NCBI GenBank assembly: GCA_965637545.1
Contig: OZ281500.1
Location: forward strand, 21,390,001 to 21,454,000
Origin: Phallusia mammillata
Taxonomy: Eukaryota
Reading direction: 5' to 3'
DNA: 64,000 nt
Position numbers and translations under genes: made by a program. The notes under the pieces are model-generated. The model was not told the DNA's origin and made no database searches. It saw only the letters and a list, made by a program, of their open reading frames with translations. Shown here in pieces: positions 26,940 to 40,100 of the stretch (the stretch's first letter is position 1; each line of letters starts with the position of its first letter).

Positions 26940-29903
26940 ATCATTTATTGGCTCATATGCTTTTAGTTTTGAAGCTGCTTCATCAATTGTGTAATCGTTT
27001 ATGCTACCTTACCTCTGCACCGGCGGTCGTCTATCTATTCACTCTTTTATCTCTATTTGGAAAATACTGGTTTGTTGTTAAAACACAACCAAACTGCATA
27101 TGATTTTTGTTTAGTTCAATATAAGATTTACACAAAAAGCGGAAACATTTTGACAACAAATCACAAAATAGCAGACAACGCAAAAACACAAGAGCCTCGT
27201 TCCTTAGTTTATGTAAAGAAAAGCGCGTAAAATAGATACTTTTTTGAACAAAAAGGTGACTACCACAAACAAGTGATGTTGTAATATTTCCTAAAGTCTT
27301 TGAAAGCAATTTTAAAGCCAGTAAACTTGCGTGACGCTAAAAGCAAAATGATATGTGCAAATGTGCAAAAAATAAACCAAACTCATCACGCAGAAATTTC
27401 CCATGGAATATTTCTACCAATTCTACATAAATGATATTGTCGTCATAAAACGTGGCTATACAAGAAAATCAGAACACCTAGGAAGTAGTAAAAGACGTGC
27501 AAAGATAAGATAAGGGAATCTGAATTCCCAAATGACAGCAATTTATCGTAATACAGCACATTTGCAGGCGTGTATAGCACACGCAAACTTTTTATGATTT
27601 TAGATAACGCGACAAAAAAGGCAACAAAACAATACAGGACGTCGGCGAAACGTATCGTTCATCGCATCTTGCCGGACGATGGTTATTTTAGGCCTTACGT
27701 AAACAAATTATGATCTGATTAAAAGGTCTGTTTTCGTCCGGAAGAGGAAAGCCTCGAAACACAACTTTCGTGCAGCTATACTTCGCCAAATTTAAAACAA
27801 CGATGCTTTTATAACTGGAAAGACCCTCGCTATCATTATTGGAAACAAGGGTCCTTCCAAATAACTAAACACCCATTGAAGGCCCACAGGAACATCTGAT
27901 TTGCAGAATTGTTTTAAAGAGCAGTAAAGACAACTTTAGTACAAAAACAAATTGCCAGCGAAGTGGAATAAAACGTATTCATTTTAGACATCAGTGCATT
28001 ATCCTAAAGTCTCAATTTCAAGTATAATAGAGGGTAATTAAGTTATGTTTTAAACCACTAAGATTATATCCGTTTTTTGTTTAATCGTTTGTTTCAGCCA
28101 ATACTGCGGGCCAGGTCCTAAATTAAAATCTCTTTACAATGAGTTATTTTGTCACCCTTCAGTATTTTAAAATTCTGTTTTAAAACAAAAAAGATCTGAG
28201 GCCAATCGTCTGCAGTCTGTTTGGGTACTTTTCGTTTGACAAAAGGTATTGGTACTTCAAAGTTATGATTTCATCTGATAAACAAAAACAAAATGGGAAT
28301 AGAAGATTGCTATAGCAATGTTTTCCCAAAACATCTAATGGCTGACTCATTCAGCAACACCTGGTATCAGAAAGTATCCACATGTATGTTTTCATCCATC
28401 ATGGGTATGTGCAGACATTCAAGGTAATGAGATGAAAGGTACGCAAGAGATTCTGTGCTTTTGATTTCATCGCCAGGAGCTAATGAGATGTTTATGGCGA
28501 TAAAGAAGATAAGTGGCATTCTTATTTTGCCAAAGAAGAAGACCACAACTGGCTGTGTCAGATATAAATGCTGTGAATAAATCTTTTGCCGAGAAATATA
28601 TTAATTTAAGTCTAACTTTTAGCAACACCAATAATCAAAAGGTGGTGTGTAACTTTAATCTATTGCAAAATTAAAAAACACCCTTAGTTGGGAATAGTGG
28701 TTTCGCCTGCACAAAAGAACTTCTAGTTTACATTTATTTTAATTGTATTCCATTTGTTATGAACTTTCAATCAACTACTGCATGCAGGCGTCAATAAAAA
28801 TTGAATACATATTGCTGCCAGGCATAATATCAAATTGAATGCAATTGTTCGTAAATATGTTTACAATGCCATGAACAGCCTTTCAATCAAATTGCGCCTA
28901 TTAAAGGTGTATACGTGACCGCATATGTTGATGTTTAGGTTTGAGGCCCGCAATAGTAGGCTCAAGCCACAATTTCGAGCAGCCTTGCAGCTCCAGTCTT
29001 TACAGATGAGGATCTATGTTTCCCAAGTGCTCTGGATTAAGATCGTTGTACGATCTCTATGACGCAAATCAGGGACGTTGCACGGACTTATAGCGGTCGC
29101 TGTTTTCTAGGAATAGAAGGAAATATTTTGACAACTTGCTTTATCAAAATAAGCTCCGGAAGATGTTCAAAGACTCGCGGAGCGCTCGGTACGAACACAC
29201 GCGAATCGAGAAGTGAACGATTGTTGACTGATTGTGACGTGAAAATGGGAGCAATAGGTTTAGAATGTTGCGAATAGCGATGAGAAGCGGATCTGTTTAC
29301 ACACAAAACTTTGAACTTTGTGCAGCGAAGGGTAGCACTGGCAGTTGTACACATAAAATAGAAAACAAGTTTTTATTTTTTGTCTTTATACTAAACTTAT
29401 TGGTTGTGTGCAATATTTAATTGAGTTCTTGCCTGATCCATAGCACAAGAAATTTTAAAGTACACAAAGCTCAGAAGAAAGGCTCCGGTTTGCGCATGCG
29501 CAGTAGCACAAATCCCGATAATATTGTTCATGCAAATTTTCTTTTTATAATATCTTTTGATTAAACAATTTTGTAACATACGCTACAAACTTGCACAACC
29601 ATCTATGCACACTTTTGTAATTTAGTGTTTAAGGGCAAAATTAACTACTTAGGCAAGATAACCGCAATTTGCGAATTTTCCCATGCGAGGAAACAATACT
29701 GTGCGAAATTTCGACAGCGGGAAACGAATTTTAATCTCTAGTGCTCAAGATCGGCGTCCAAAAAATGTGCAAATGTTTGCAGTAGCACCCTCAGTCGCAT
29801 GGTAACCCGACCACCCTAGCTATTCGATCCCCAACCCTGCCGTCGCTGCACCCTGCAACCTGCAAGCATAGGCTCCTGACAAAAACTAAACTCAACCAAA
29901 AAA

Positions 29904-29934
29904 GGGACTTCCCCCGCTAAAGGTCACGGGGTCA
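29904..29934 (+). promoter_or_regulatory. Adjacent NF-kB-like site and nuclear-receptor DR2 element
   Basis: GGGACTTCCC (29904-29913) and AGGTCA-CG-GGGTCA (29921-29934) in a GC-rich island. Motif match only. Confidence 0.3.
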
Positions 29935-31099
29935 TGTGAAACGCGGATTTTTCGGGGTCTCTATCGGATTGCCGTGTTGCCATTGCACGAGGACAAAGGC
30001 CTTACGTCTCGAGGCTTGCAGTAGCGGATGCTCATAGGATCCTGGGGTCAAAATCGCTCAGCAGGTTCGCGAGAAGTCGCCTTTAATCGGGAAGTCACTC
30101 AAAATCGCGTTAAACTTTTAAGTAGGTGCGATACGTTTGGAGTTTTGGAAGCTTTTAACCATCGTGCCATGCACCCGTATAGTAAAATAAACGCATATAG
30201 ATAAATCAATTGTGAAGTAAATGAAAGAAACTTTTTATGTTTGGGACTGTCTGCATATAGAACTTTTTGCTCCCAACTTTTTAGATTTATTTTATGTTGA
30301 AGTTTCGACTCATAGAACAATAAATGCAAGCACGTAGGATCAGCTCAATATTGAACGATATATCTGTCATTAAAACAAGCACCAGTCGCCATAGAGCTAT
30401 AACACACTTATCTCGTTTTATAATGGTTAAACAACCGCCTGTCTTGGTGATGGATTTCATCCACCAAGAGAAATAAATTCGACAATAAATGTTGTTTGCT
30501 TTTGGGACGAACAAGAGGGCACGGAAACACTCGGACTTCGGCTAAAATGAAATTTAGTTTTAGCTAGACCCCGATGTAATGATTTGTGATCAAGTAAAAA
30601 AAATGACCCACACATATTACATTGATGGACTACGATGCCATGCAAATATGTACATGTAGGCTTAAATTATACATCCTACAAGACTTACAGCACAATTGCT
30701 TTGCCTAAAACCTAAATCACTCAACGGTGTAACAAAATATGTTATCACGTGTAGCATTTTCCCCTTGAGTGTACGCGCCCATGCACTTTAGCCGACTTAA
30801 TTTGCAAACCGTAAAAATGTATTTTACCTCAAATTGCTTGTGCAAAAAAAGTACCGAAGCAGGAAAACGTTACACTGCAACACAGCGCAAAGTGTATATT
30901 TAGGGATCTAGTTTAAAACCAAAACCACACTGCGCGCTAAAACGGCCGACTGTAATTTCATCACCGTAACTCTCTGAACAAACTCCTCCCGTGTATTTCT
31001 GTTTATCTGCGCAAATAACACAATTTCAGCTGCGGCATGTATGCGTTGCATTACCACGTGAAGCAAGCTACTTTGATCAGCTAATAAGCCAGCTTTTCT

Positions 31100-31131
31100 T
31101 CAAGGTCAAAGTCAGCGTGCTTTCAAGGTCA
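31100..31131 (+). promoter_or_regulatory. Paired extended nuclear-receptor half-sites (ERR/NR5A type)
   Basis: TCAAGGTCA at 31100-31108 and 31123-31131. Motif match only. Confidence 0.3.
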
Positions 31132-33457
31132 CGCGCTTCGGTTTACCGGAAAATATGCATCTTGCTCCGACGTCGGGTTTGTCGGTGTATAAGTCTTGCT
31201 GTTAAGTTAAACACAACCTGACCAAGAGTTGTGAACCACATACTTGTTATGTTGGAAGTAAAATTGCGCTAGTCATTGCCGCCTCACTGATAGTTAATAT
31301 CCAGAGCAGTAAACCAAAGAAAAAATATGAGTATATATGTTTTTGTCTTTTAAAAAAAAAATTACAAAAAAATCTTTAAGCAGTACAAAAGTCAAAACGT
31401 CATTTATTTCCAAGTTAATTCTCCATACAGAACATTTATCAAGTCGAAATGTAATTTATTTCCACAGCTGATTTTCAACACAAAATAATATTAAGTCACA
31501 TGTTACTTATTTCAAAAAAAGAATTTTTAACCTTCTGTGGTTGGGTTCGTACTTTAAAGCTAAAATTATTACGGCTTCGAACTTTTACGGTCAAAAAGGC
31601 AATCAGCAAATCCACCCATAAAAAACTTTGCGCTCAAAATTTTTGGCGTTTTAGCGTTTAGAGTTTCTGCAGGGGTCAGTGGATCAAAAAAGGGTCTCTG
31701 GGCCGACAATGGCCGCTGGTCATGGGGTCAACATTACTCAGGCGTGTCGTATCAGATTAATCAGAAATCGAACCTTTCTGTGACCAACAGGTGGTCAAAG
31801 GAATGCGTCGAAAATCGATAGTTTGGGTTCAGTGTCGTCTACCAAGGACATTTATAACTATCTCCCTGCAAGGTTACTGCTACCGACTGGTTTACAATTC
31901 GAAGAGGGCAAAATCGACTAATTAAGGTTGATTGACACAGCCTGTAAGTCAACCAATAATCCCGTTTTGGTTTTAGCTGTGCAACTTTTAAATTATGGGC
32001 ATTTAAACAATACAAGGGTAAAACAAATTTCAAAAATATGAATTATTATTCTTTTCAGATGGCAATTGTTTGTTTTAGACTTTTTCCGTTTTTTTTTTTT
32101 GCTTTACGTTGGTTATTTTGGTTTTACTGTGGTAAGTCTTGCAGGTGGTACGCAAACTTAACAAAGAATAGTTTTAGTCAAAATTATAAATTTCTTAAAA
32201 CTTTCAGAGGATTTTGCTGTTATAAATACAAGTGACCAACGGACATAGGGACAGACCAAGCTGCTATGATATCTCATTTAATACAAGGGGAAAAATAGCT
32301 AAGGATTTAAATTTTCTACTTAAAAATATTTTTCTGAAGCTTTTTCTTATCTGGATCGCTCTTGATTTTCTTGACTTTTTAATGCGTCTATGTATGCAAC
32401 AACGGGCATAAACCGTCGGGAAAAATTTCCCACGAATGTGCAATGTCCTATACGATACCCTCTAGTGGCGAAACAGATGCGACTGCACCCATTTTTTTTT
32501 CAAAAGTGAAGACAGCGCATCCGTCTCGGCACCACAACAAATTCAAAAGTAAACAAGCGAGAGAACTCACAAAAAAAGAGGTGCATTCAGGCGTGAACAG
32601 TCCGACGGAAGAGAGAGAGTGCGAAAATGCGAAGTAATTCGATTATCTTAGAGTGCAGAGTCCTGGCGAGTAGCTAATTAAGTGCCGTTCCTGTGCTTTG
32701 CCAATAGCAACTAGTTAGGGCATCGCTTAGTGTTTCTGGGTAGTTTCCACTGGTCCATTATTGCTGCTTGTTTTCATTATTGTAATCGGAATTGAGAAAT
32801 TGACTTTTTGCATTACGTGTTAACAAAAGGGTAATTTGAGCGTTTCTTTATTTGTGTCTGTAATTTCAACCAGTAGTTTTGTAGTCACAAAAAAACCCAA
32901 AAAAGCCTAAACAAACACAGCTTACCTGCTTGATGTATGAGCGCAATAAACGTACAAAAGTAAACTGTCATATTTACACTTTTTAAAAAGACGGTTCCGC
33001 TTGTATAATTTTCCTCAATACGTGTTATTAGAATGCAAACACAAATTAGGGTAAGACGTTGCTAAAAGTCGTTCACAATTTGAACATTGGTTTTATTATC
33101 TTGTCTTCCCTTCATAAACTTATCGTTTTCCAGTAACTCGGCTTGAATCGGACCTGTCTTCACACTCAAGCACATTTGTGACGTAATTTCAGCTTGGTAA
33201 ATCCATCTTACAGGTCAAAATTTGACTTTTTTAGTTCGGAATTGACCGGGGTTTCGGGTTAGAATTTTGATGTTCGGTTCGGGCTTGGCCCCAATTTCGG
33301 TCTTTTCATAACTCTGATTCGGATTTTAAGTATCATTTCCAATTTTTACTAAAACTTAAAAGGTTTTTCATAAATTTTAAAAACTGGCCACTTTCAATAA
33401 ACTTTTCATCTGCAAATACACAGTAGTCACAACTAGTCACGAAATTTCGAGTCGACT

Positions 33458-33463
33458 TTTATT
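33458..33463 (-). terminator. Candidate polyadenylation signal AATAAA overlapping the SPATA5 stop codon
   Basis: The minus strand reads ATT AAA TAA AAG, giving AATAAA across the last codon and stop, with an overlapping ATTAAA at 33462-33467. A GT-rich tract (TAGTTGTGACTACTGTGTATTTG) follows about 20-45 nt downstream. Confidence 0.5.
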
Positions 33464-33635
33464 TAATTCGCGTTTGCAATGTCCGTCCGTATTCTTCGTA
33501 CATCTCTGCTCGATCTTTGCTGGTCTGCGGCAGAACAACCTTGAACGCTTGCTCGAAATGACGTCGTGTCACGTGATTGGCTTGCATGTCGTCGTCGAGG
33601 GCCGCCAACGCCGCCTCGCGACAGACTGAACAGAT
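33459..33635 (-). CDS. AFG2A: AFG2A/SPATA5 terminal coding exon (not in the ORF track because it lacks a start codon)
   Basis: 177 nt: ICSVCREAALAALDDDMQANHVTRRHFEQAFKVVLPQTSKDRAEMYEEYGRTLQTRIK*. Acceptor TTTTCTGTTTTCCCGACCACAG, stop TAA at 33459-33461. The GAE|IxxVCREAALxAL..D.QA....RHF.QA...V.P......Y..Y pattern fits the SPATA5 C-terminus better than VCP or NVL. Confidence 0.93.
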   Translation of the reverse strand: MCSVCREAALAALDDDMQANHVTRRHFEQAFKVVLPQTSKDRAEMYEEYGRTLQTRIK

Positions 33636-33834
33636 CTGTGGTCGGGAAAACAGAAAAGAACTCTGATTGGCTGGTTTAAGATTACGTCAAGCATGCAACA
33701 GGCAATCAGAAGTTTTATGACAAATCAAGAATAAATTATGTGGATGAAGCATGACAAGTTTTCTCTAGTTTACTTAAGTTGTACTTAAAACAGTTAGGAA
33801 AGATCAAACAGCGGGTCTGACCAGTTGGAAATGA

Positions 33835-34165
33835 AGTCGACTTTTGTGTATAAGTCTCTGACTTGATTCGAGTTTAAAAGAACTCGAGTTGGCTTGACTT
33901 TAGTTTCAAACGACTTAGTTGATTTGACCGGAGTTGGAATAGACTTGTGTTGGCTTGACTCGAGGTTCGTTCGATTTAACTTCACTCAAGTTTCACGTGA
34001 CTTTAGTTGACTTTGCTCGAGTTCGAAAGGACTTGAGTTGGCTTGACTTGGAGTTGGATTACTTGCTTCAAGCAGCTTTTACGAACGTTGACTTAACGTG
34101 AGAAAAAAACTTTTGGTGTCCTTTAACTTGCCAGAGTCAGAGAATTAACTTGCCCAGAGTCAGAG
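33835..34165. repeat. Degenerate GACTTGAG/ACTCGAG array plus a 21-bp duplication; probable eroded MITE
   Basis: ACT(C/T)G(A/T)GTTGGCTTGACT occurs at 33882, 33943 and 34031, with many shorter GACTT motifs. TTAACTTGCC(C)AGAGTCAGAG occurs twice at 34123-34165. Confidence 0.7.
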
Positions 34166-37100
34166 CGTTGCAACAAGCGACTAGTTCAAGAATCAATGGA
34201 GATAAGTGTTTCATCGAAGATTGCATGTGGTAATTACCCCACTATAAGTGTTTAGAAACCGCAAGAAATATTTCACTAAAATTCAAGCAAAGATTTCCGC
34301 ACGCAACAAAAAATTAAAGTCCTTCAAAGACAATTTACACCCTCTTCATGTCTATACCTGCTGTCGCTTTGAAGCTTAAAAAAATATCTGACATTAACCT
34401 TGCGATCCCACAGCCAATACAACAACACGTTTCCTGTATTTGAGAAAACGAGGCGGAACAGATAAGCCCGAACTAAAAGCATCCGTTCCGGGTGACGTCA
34501 TTAACACCAGTCTACGTCACGACGTGTAAATGGAATACATTTAAGTAGATTTTGAAAAGGAGCTGTGGTTTCCGAAAAAAAATTTGGAGACTAAATTTAA
34601 CCAACATTAAAATTTTTTTTTTTACAATAAATACGCTTTAAAAGAACTTCTGTAATAAACAAGCCGACGAAAAACCAACGAAGAGCAAAGTAAATACATT
34701 ATTTGTCATCTTAAATATTTCATCTTTCTTATTCGCACGTCACAATAAAATAAATTCCATGGCACAAATGTCGAGATTTTTTCCGGTGAAAAATTAATAT
34801 AAGTCATGATAGAATGCGCTTGAATTACGGTTTCGACATGCTAGTGTGATTGTGAATCAAATTTCACGGGATTGCTGTCAACAGATGTGCCCTTGCGTTA
34901 CAGATTAATCAAAGTGATATATAGGGTTTGGGAGGCACAGGAAAATGGAGGTGGTATTGTTTGATTTCTTGGGATTGCGGAAGCCAGGTGTTTGCGGATG
35001 CATGAAGGTGTTACTGATTTGACGCACTTGTTTGCTTTTATAACAAGATAGCTTCTGTGTTTTGTATGTCGGCAATATATCTTGTCCCTGCGCAGTGTTA
35101 TTTTTAAGGTGTTTTGCCAAATTTCTCCAGCGGTTTCCCAAAATTTGGACTCGCAAATATATGGCTATTTTTTGGTATTTAAATGAAACACTTGCGGTCT
35201 CTTAAAACTACTTAGCGGTCGCCCAAACCAAACCTTAAAAAAACCTGTCCCTGCGTAAAGGACCATGTCACCGTGATTTGGTCGCAGTAACCAGAAGAAA
35301 ACTGTTATTTTGACGACGATTCGAACATTACCTCACATTCCTTTTTTGTTAACATGCGCAACTGAGTTTGATTTAAAGACCAAAATTATAAAAATGTTAA
35401 AAAAAATCAACGAAAGTTAACAAAGATACACAAATCTCCTTTACAAAAATAGACTGGACACAAAACAGAAGTTGTTTACAAAACACGGTATATAAGTTTG
35501 TCGTAGTGGACACAACGGCCTATAGAAAACCTTGTACTCGAGAAACACCTAGAATGGAAACAAAAAAAGTACAAAATGTATAACTAATTCAATCTAGGAT
35601 TCGTTGGAATGTGTTCAAATTAAACTATTTGTACCAAAATAACACAATACGCTTTTGGAAAACCAAAATTCTCACATGCCCTTGAAAAAGCTACATCGAA
35701 AAACTGAAACAAAACAAATTCGCAATTACAATAATCCACAGCAGTACATGAATCCTGATCTGCCACCTGACATTATGTAAAGCTGACCTGACCGCCCCGG
35801 ATAAAGTGATCACCGCAACAAGACCACACTGACGTCAATAAACGATTGTGTTCGGTCACCCGACCCATTTTGGCAACGAAAATCCGGTTATGACATCATA
35901 AGGGGTTAGTGGGGCAGCTCGAGGGCTAATACTAAAGAATTAGCTGCTTAGGTGTGAATACTTATATACAGTGACTAGGTGTAGTGTTTTTTTTATTAGG
36001 GTAATACGAATGCATTTTTCCGTGGAAGGACACTTGGTTAATGTTACATAAAGACCAAGTAACGAGGGTCATTGGTTTATAGTGTAACTTAGGATGTTTG
36101 TTTATGCGAATTGCAAATTAAAGCAACTGGATTTTCGTGATAACTACACATTGAACGAAACTTTAAAATTTCCAGCCACTCGTCGTTTTACTAGTGTTTC
36201 TTAATTCTGATTGCGTGACATTTAATGAGTCTATGAAAGAATTTAATAACGCGACAACCACCCCACTGCATACAAAACTATTTTCAAACTCTTTTGGGAT
36301 ATTTATATTACCACCAACGCAGCGAATAATAATGCTAAAGCAAAATTTGTCCGTAATAATTTTGAGTAATTTACGTTTTCATCAGCGCCGCCAATTTTTA
36401 TGGTGAAACACAAAACCGTCCGATTGTGGGACAAGTTAAAAATCAGTCGTTTAGAAAGTTTTTTTTTCGGAAACAGACTCTGTGGGCATAAACGTTACGC
36501 TACCTGGATTTCAAAGAAATACTGCCGGACACGACATAGCTCGGTGCTGAGTATGGGTGCAAACAAAAGTAAAAAATGGTTTTTAGTCTGAGTTTTTGTA
36601 TTTAGTCAACACGGCTGCCGCAAAGCTTGGTCCTGGACATCAAATATCGAGGACTCAAAGGCCAGGAGTTGGACAATATTAAGTAAAAATAGGACGACGT
36701 CTGTTTCAACGCAGCTGCCCGAGGAATTTCGTCTGCTAGGTGATCTGTTGGCCTCGGGTTTTCATCTGCGATGTAAGCTGACACCGAAGAACGGAAACGT
36801 TTTACCGCGGGACATGAAGCGTTTGAGGCAAAAATCTCGGGAGTCATGGAGACGAAGCGATAATGACATGACCTTGCTTTGAGTTCACGCGGTTTACGAA
36901 ATGCCCTCGCAGCCTGGGGAATGTTTGTTTTAGGCTTGTGACTTCTCTATCTTTTGCTGTAGTAACGATAAAGTTATTTAGATGCGGACGCTTGGGTAAC
37001 ATTTATATGACATTCCTGTGACAACTTGTATGTATGTTTTGTATTAATGCGAGTGGCAAAAAAGTAATCAAAATTGTTAACCCTAAAATGGTTTTATTAA

Positions 37101-40100
37101 TTGGATAAAAAGTTAGCAATGTAGCACTGCTATTAATAACGTTTTGTAAAGTTATTTACTATAGGGGATCCATGTGTACGGTTTAGCTGATTAAGATCTA
37201 AAATGCAGATTTTGTATTAAATTGGTGTCAGAAAAAAGCAATATATCACGAACTCAAAATTGGTTTTATTTATACCATTTTGCGTTTAAGAAACTCATAC
37301 TAATTTGTAACCCCCTGGAAAAACCCTAGGACCCCTACATAAAAGGTTGCAAGTCCCAGGTTAGAAACCAACCCTTACAACGTTTATCTCTTGTTTACAA
37401 ATCAAAGGGTCGGCCACTAAAAGTGTTGTCCACATTGTGGCGCCTGCTTATAACCGGGCACCACAACCGCACTACGACATATACTACTTACACAAATTCC
37501 TGTTTCGAGTGTAATGGCCAGTGACGACAGGCTAAGATGACAATATCAGTGACAGAATAGAGACGCAAAAAGCGGAGACCATTTCATTTCACGTGTGATG
37601 GTTGTTTTTCAGCATTGCTTTTTATTTCAACTCAATTCCAACTTTTTTTCTTTTACTAATTCTCTTCTTTAGAATTTTAAATAATAATTTGTGCTTGAAA
37701 ATGGTACAAACATATGTATTTTTCTGATTCGCTACTATATACTATCCTATATGTAAATATCAAATCATCAGAAATGGATATTAATCGATTAAATATGTAT
37801 AATCGTTACGTACTTAGGCGACCATTAAGTTACAAAAATGTTGTAAAACTCTTGATATAAAATTATGGCAGCGAAATATGGTAGCGTAAAATAAAATTAT
37901 TTACCGAGAATTTTATCATCACAAGAGTATAAAATAATGGCAATATTAATGCACAAGTGGTACGTGCTGTTTTAACTCTACTGGAACGCTAATAGTAAGT
38001 GACATTAATCCTTAAGAGTAAATTGACCTTCAATTAAAAACTCGAATGTCAAAAAAACTACGCTATGTTTCGTCTGTATGTGTTGTAGCGTGGGTATTGG
38101 TCAATTTTCCCAGAAATACTTTCGTACGGCGGTATTTGATCCAAGTGATAACCTTTACGACACTTTATACTGTTAGAAGACCAACCCGCACCGAAAGAAC
38201 TTGGAAATAACGCAACATACAATACATGAGTCACTTATAAAGGGCAGTATGAGTTTAGAAAAACCTGAAGTATATACAAACTAAAAATAAGGGGGGGAAT
38301 TTTATCCACTAAACTTTAGGGTGGTTAAATATAACGAAGACAAACTGTAAATTATATTTTATATTCTATTTATATAGGAAACTTATGATGCAGACAAACG
38401 ACATTTTGGGATTTTTTACCCGTAGAACTTAATCATTTTGTTTGTCCTAAGAGTTTTTAACGCCCGTTTACTTCTTTAAAGTCGAAAAAAGAAAATTGTG
38501 TAACCTGACGAAACAAAAATACGTTTTCATTTCGCCCTTTATCCACAGACAGGTCGGCACCGGGCTTCGACAATCGTCAGGCAAAGCTAAGTGCATTTTA
38601 CACAGTAGTGACTCGGCTTCCGAACTGCGGCCTAATCCTGGATGTCAGCTAAGTGGCTCCTGCCATAGGCACCGCCCCCCTGGTCGTATAGTCTGTGGCC
38701 AAAGCATTGGATTATGTGAGATGGCCCGCGAGGACATGAAGGCCAACGCGGAGTGAATACCAACGGAAGTCGATTTAAGGATCGCTACTTATATGGGATT
38801 GCGTTTTGGATAACGATTTGGTTTATGCACATGGCGTAAATGCTTTTTTGGTCCTTTGCGAGGTCGTATTTTAACCATGCAAATAGCATTGCAGTTGTCC
38901 TAAAAATATAAAAAAATCCTAATTTAGCAATAAATTAATCAAATAACTTGAACAGGATTGGTTGTTTTAAGGATTGCAATGAAATGTTGTCAAAGTATGC
39001 AAATTCTCTGCTAAATATTAAGTATATTTGCTACACAGTCATAAAAATCTGTTTTTTAAGTAAACGTTTTTTTTGATCAACAGAATTTTTAGCTCTTCCG
39101 GCAGTTTTTTTATTGTAATATGCCAACGTTTTTTTTGATGTTATTAGTTTCACCGACAAAGTATTGTAGTTGTAAGTGATTGGTCTAAATCTAAATCGTT
39201 CTAAATTGACTCATATGGTATCAAATCGCATTTATGGAGTAAACGCTTTCTGCCAAGTTATGAAAATGCAACTGAATTCCCCTCAGCAAAACACAATGTT
39301 CTACGGCTAATTTGCATGAACCGGCAGTCCGGGCAAAGAGGTAAAACAGAGTCAAAAACAACCAGGCTAGGCACAAAAAACAAGCTGATGACAATCACGT
39401 ACTCTACTAACCTAGCACTGCAAACAAAGACTCACTTAAACCGCAATAATCCTGAAACACATCCAAAATCGGAAATTTGAAACAACGGTGAGTCGACAAA
39501 CATAAGCATGACTCAGCGCGATGACAAAACCTTTCACATTCTTGTAACAAGACGCGTTGTTTTTTTTCCGGCCACGTAGTTAAAGCAGAGACGACCTTTT
39601 CATGCTTGTGACGTCATTGAAGGGGTGTTGATCTCCCGCGTGACGTCAAAGCGAGTCCGGATGCTTTGGGAGGGCGGAGGCTCTATGACGTCGAAGTGTG
39701 ATGATTTGGGGGGGCGAAAATGTGCCCCAAGGATAAACAAACAAACGGGGGGCTTATGATGGCAGATATCCGTGAAATGTTGTTTAGATGAGCATGAAAC
39801 CGCCGGCCGCCGCTTGCCGGATGAATTTGTGATTGTTGTGTTTATGGTTGGAGGGGGTAATTTTAAGGCTTTCCCGTCAATTGGGTAGGATATATGATAA
39901 CATAAACATAATTTGTTCGGTGACGTTTATAATTTATGATGTCATTATTTATTCTTCAGCGATGCCTTTTCTGGATAAATGACTATTCTTGTCTAATTCG
40001 ACAGAATTCATGTTTTTTCACTTAAACTTTTCTTTTTGCTTTAATTTTCCGCGCAACTGTACATTTTGTCAGTGTAGTTTGGTACTTTTAAAAACGCTCT

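Noticed and set aside
36690-36890. Open frame of about 62 codons in a GC-rich intronic island
   Set aside because: No polypyrimidine acceptor and no recognisable protein. SPATA5 exons join without it.
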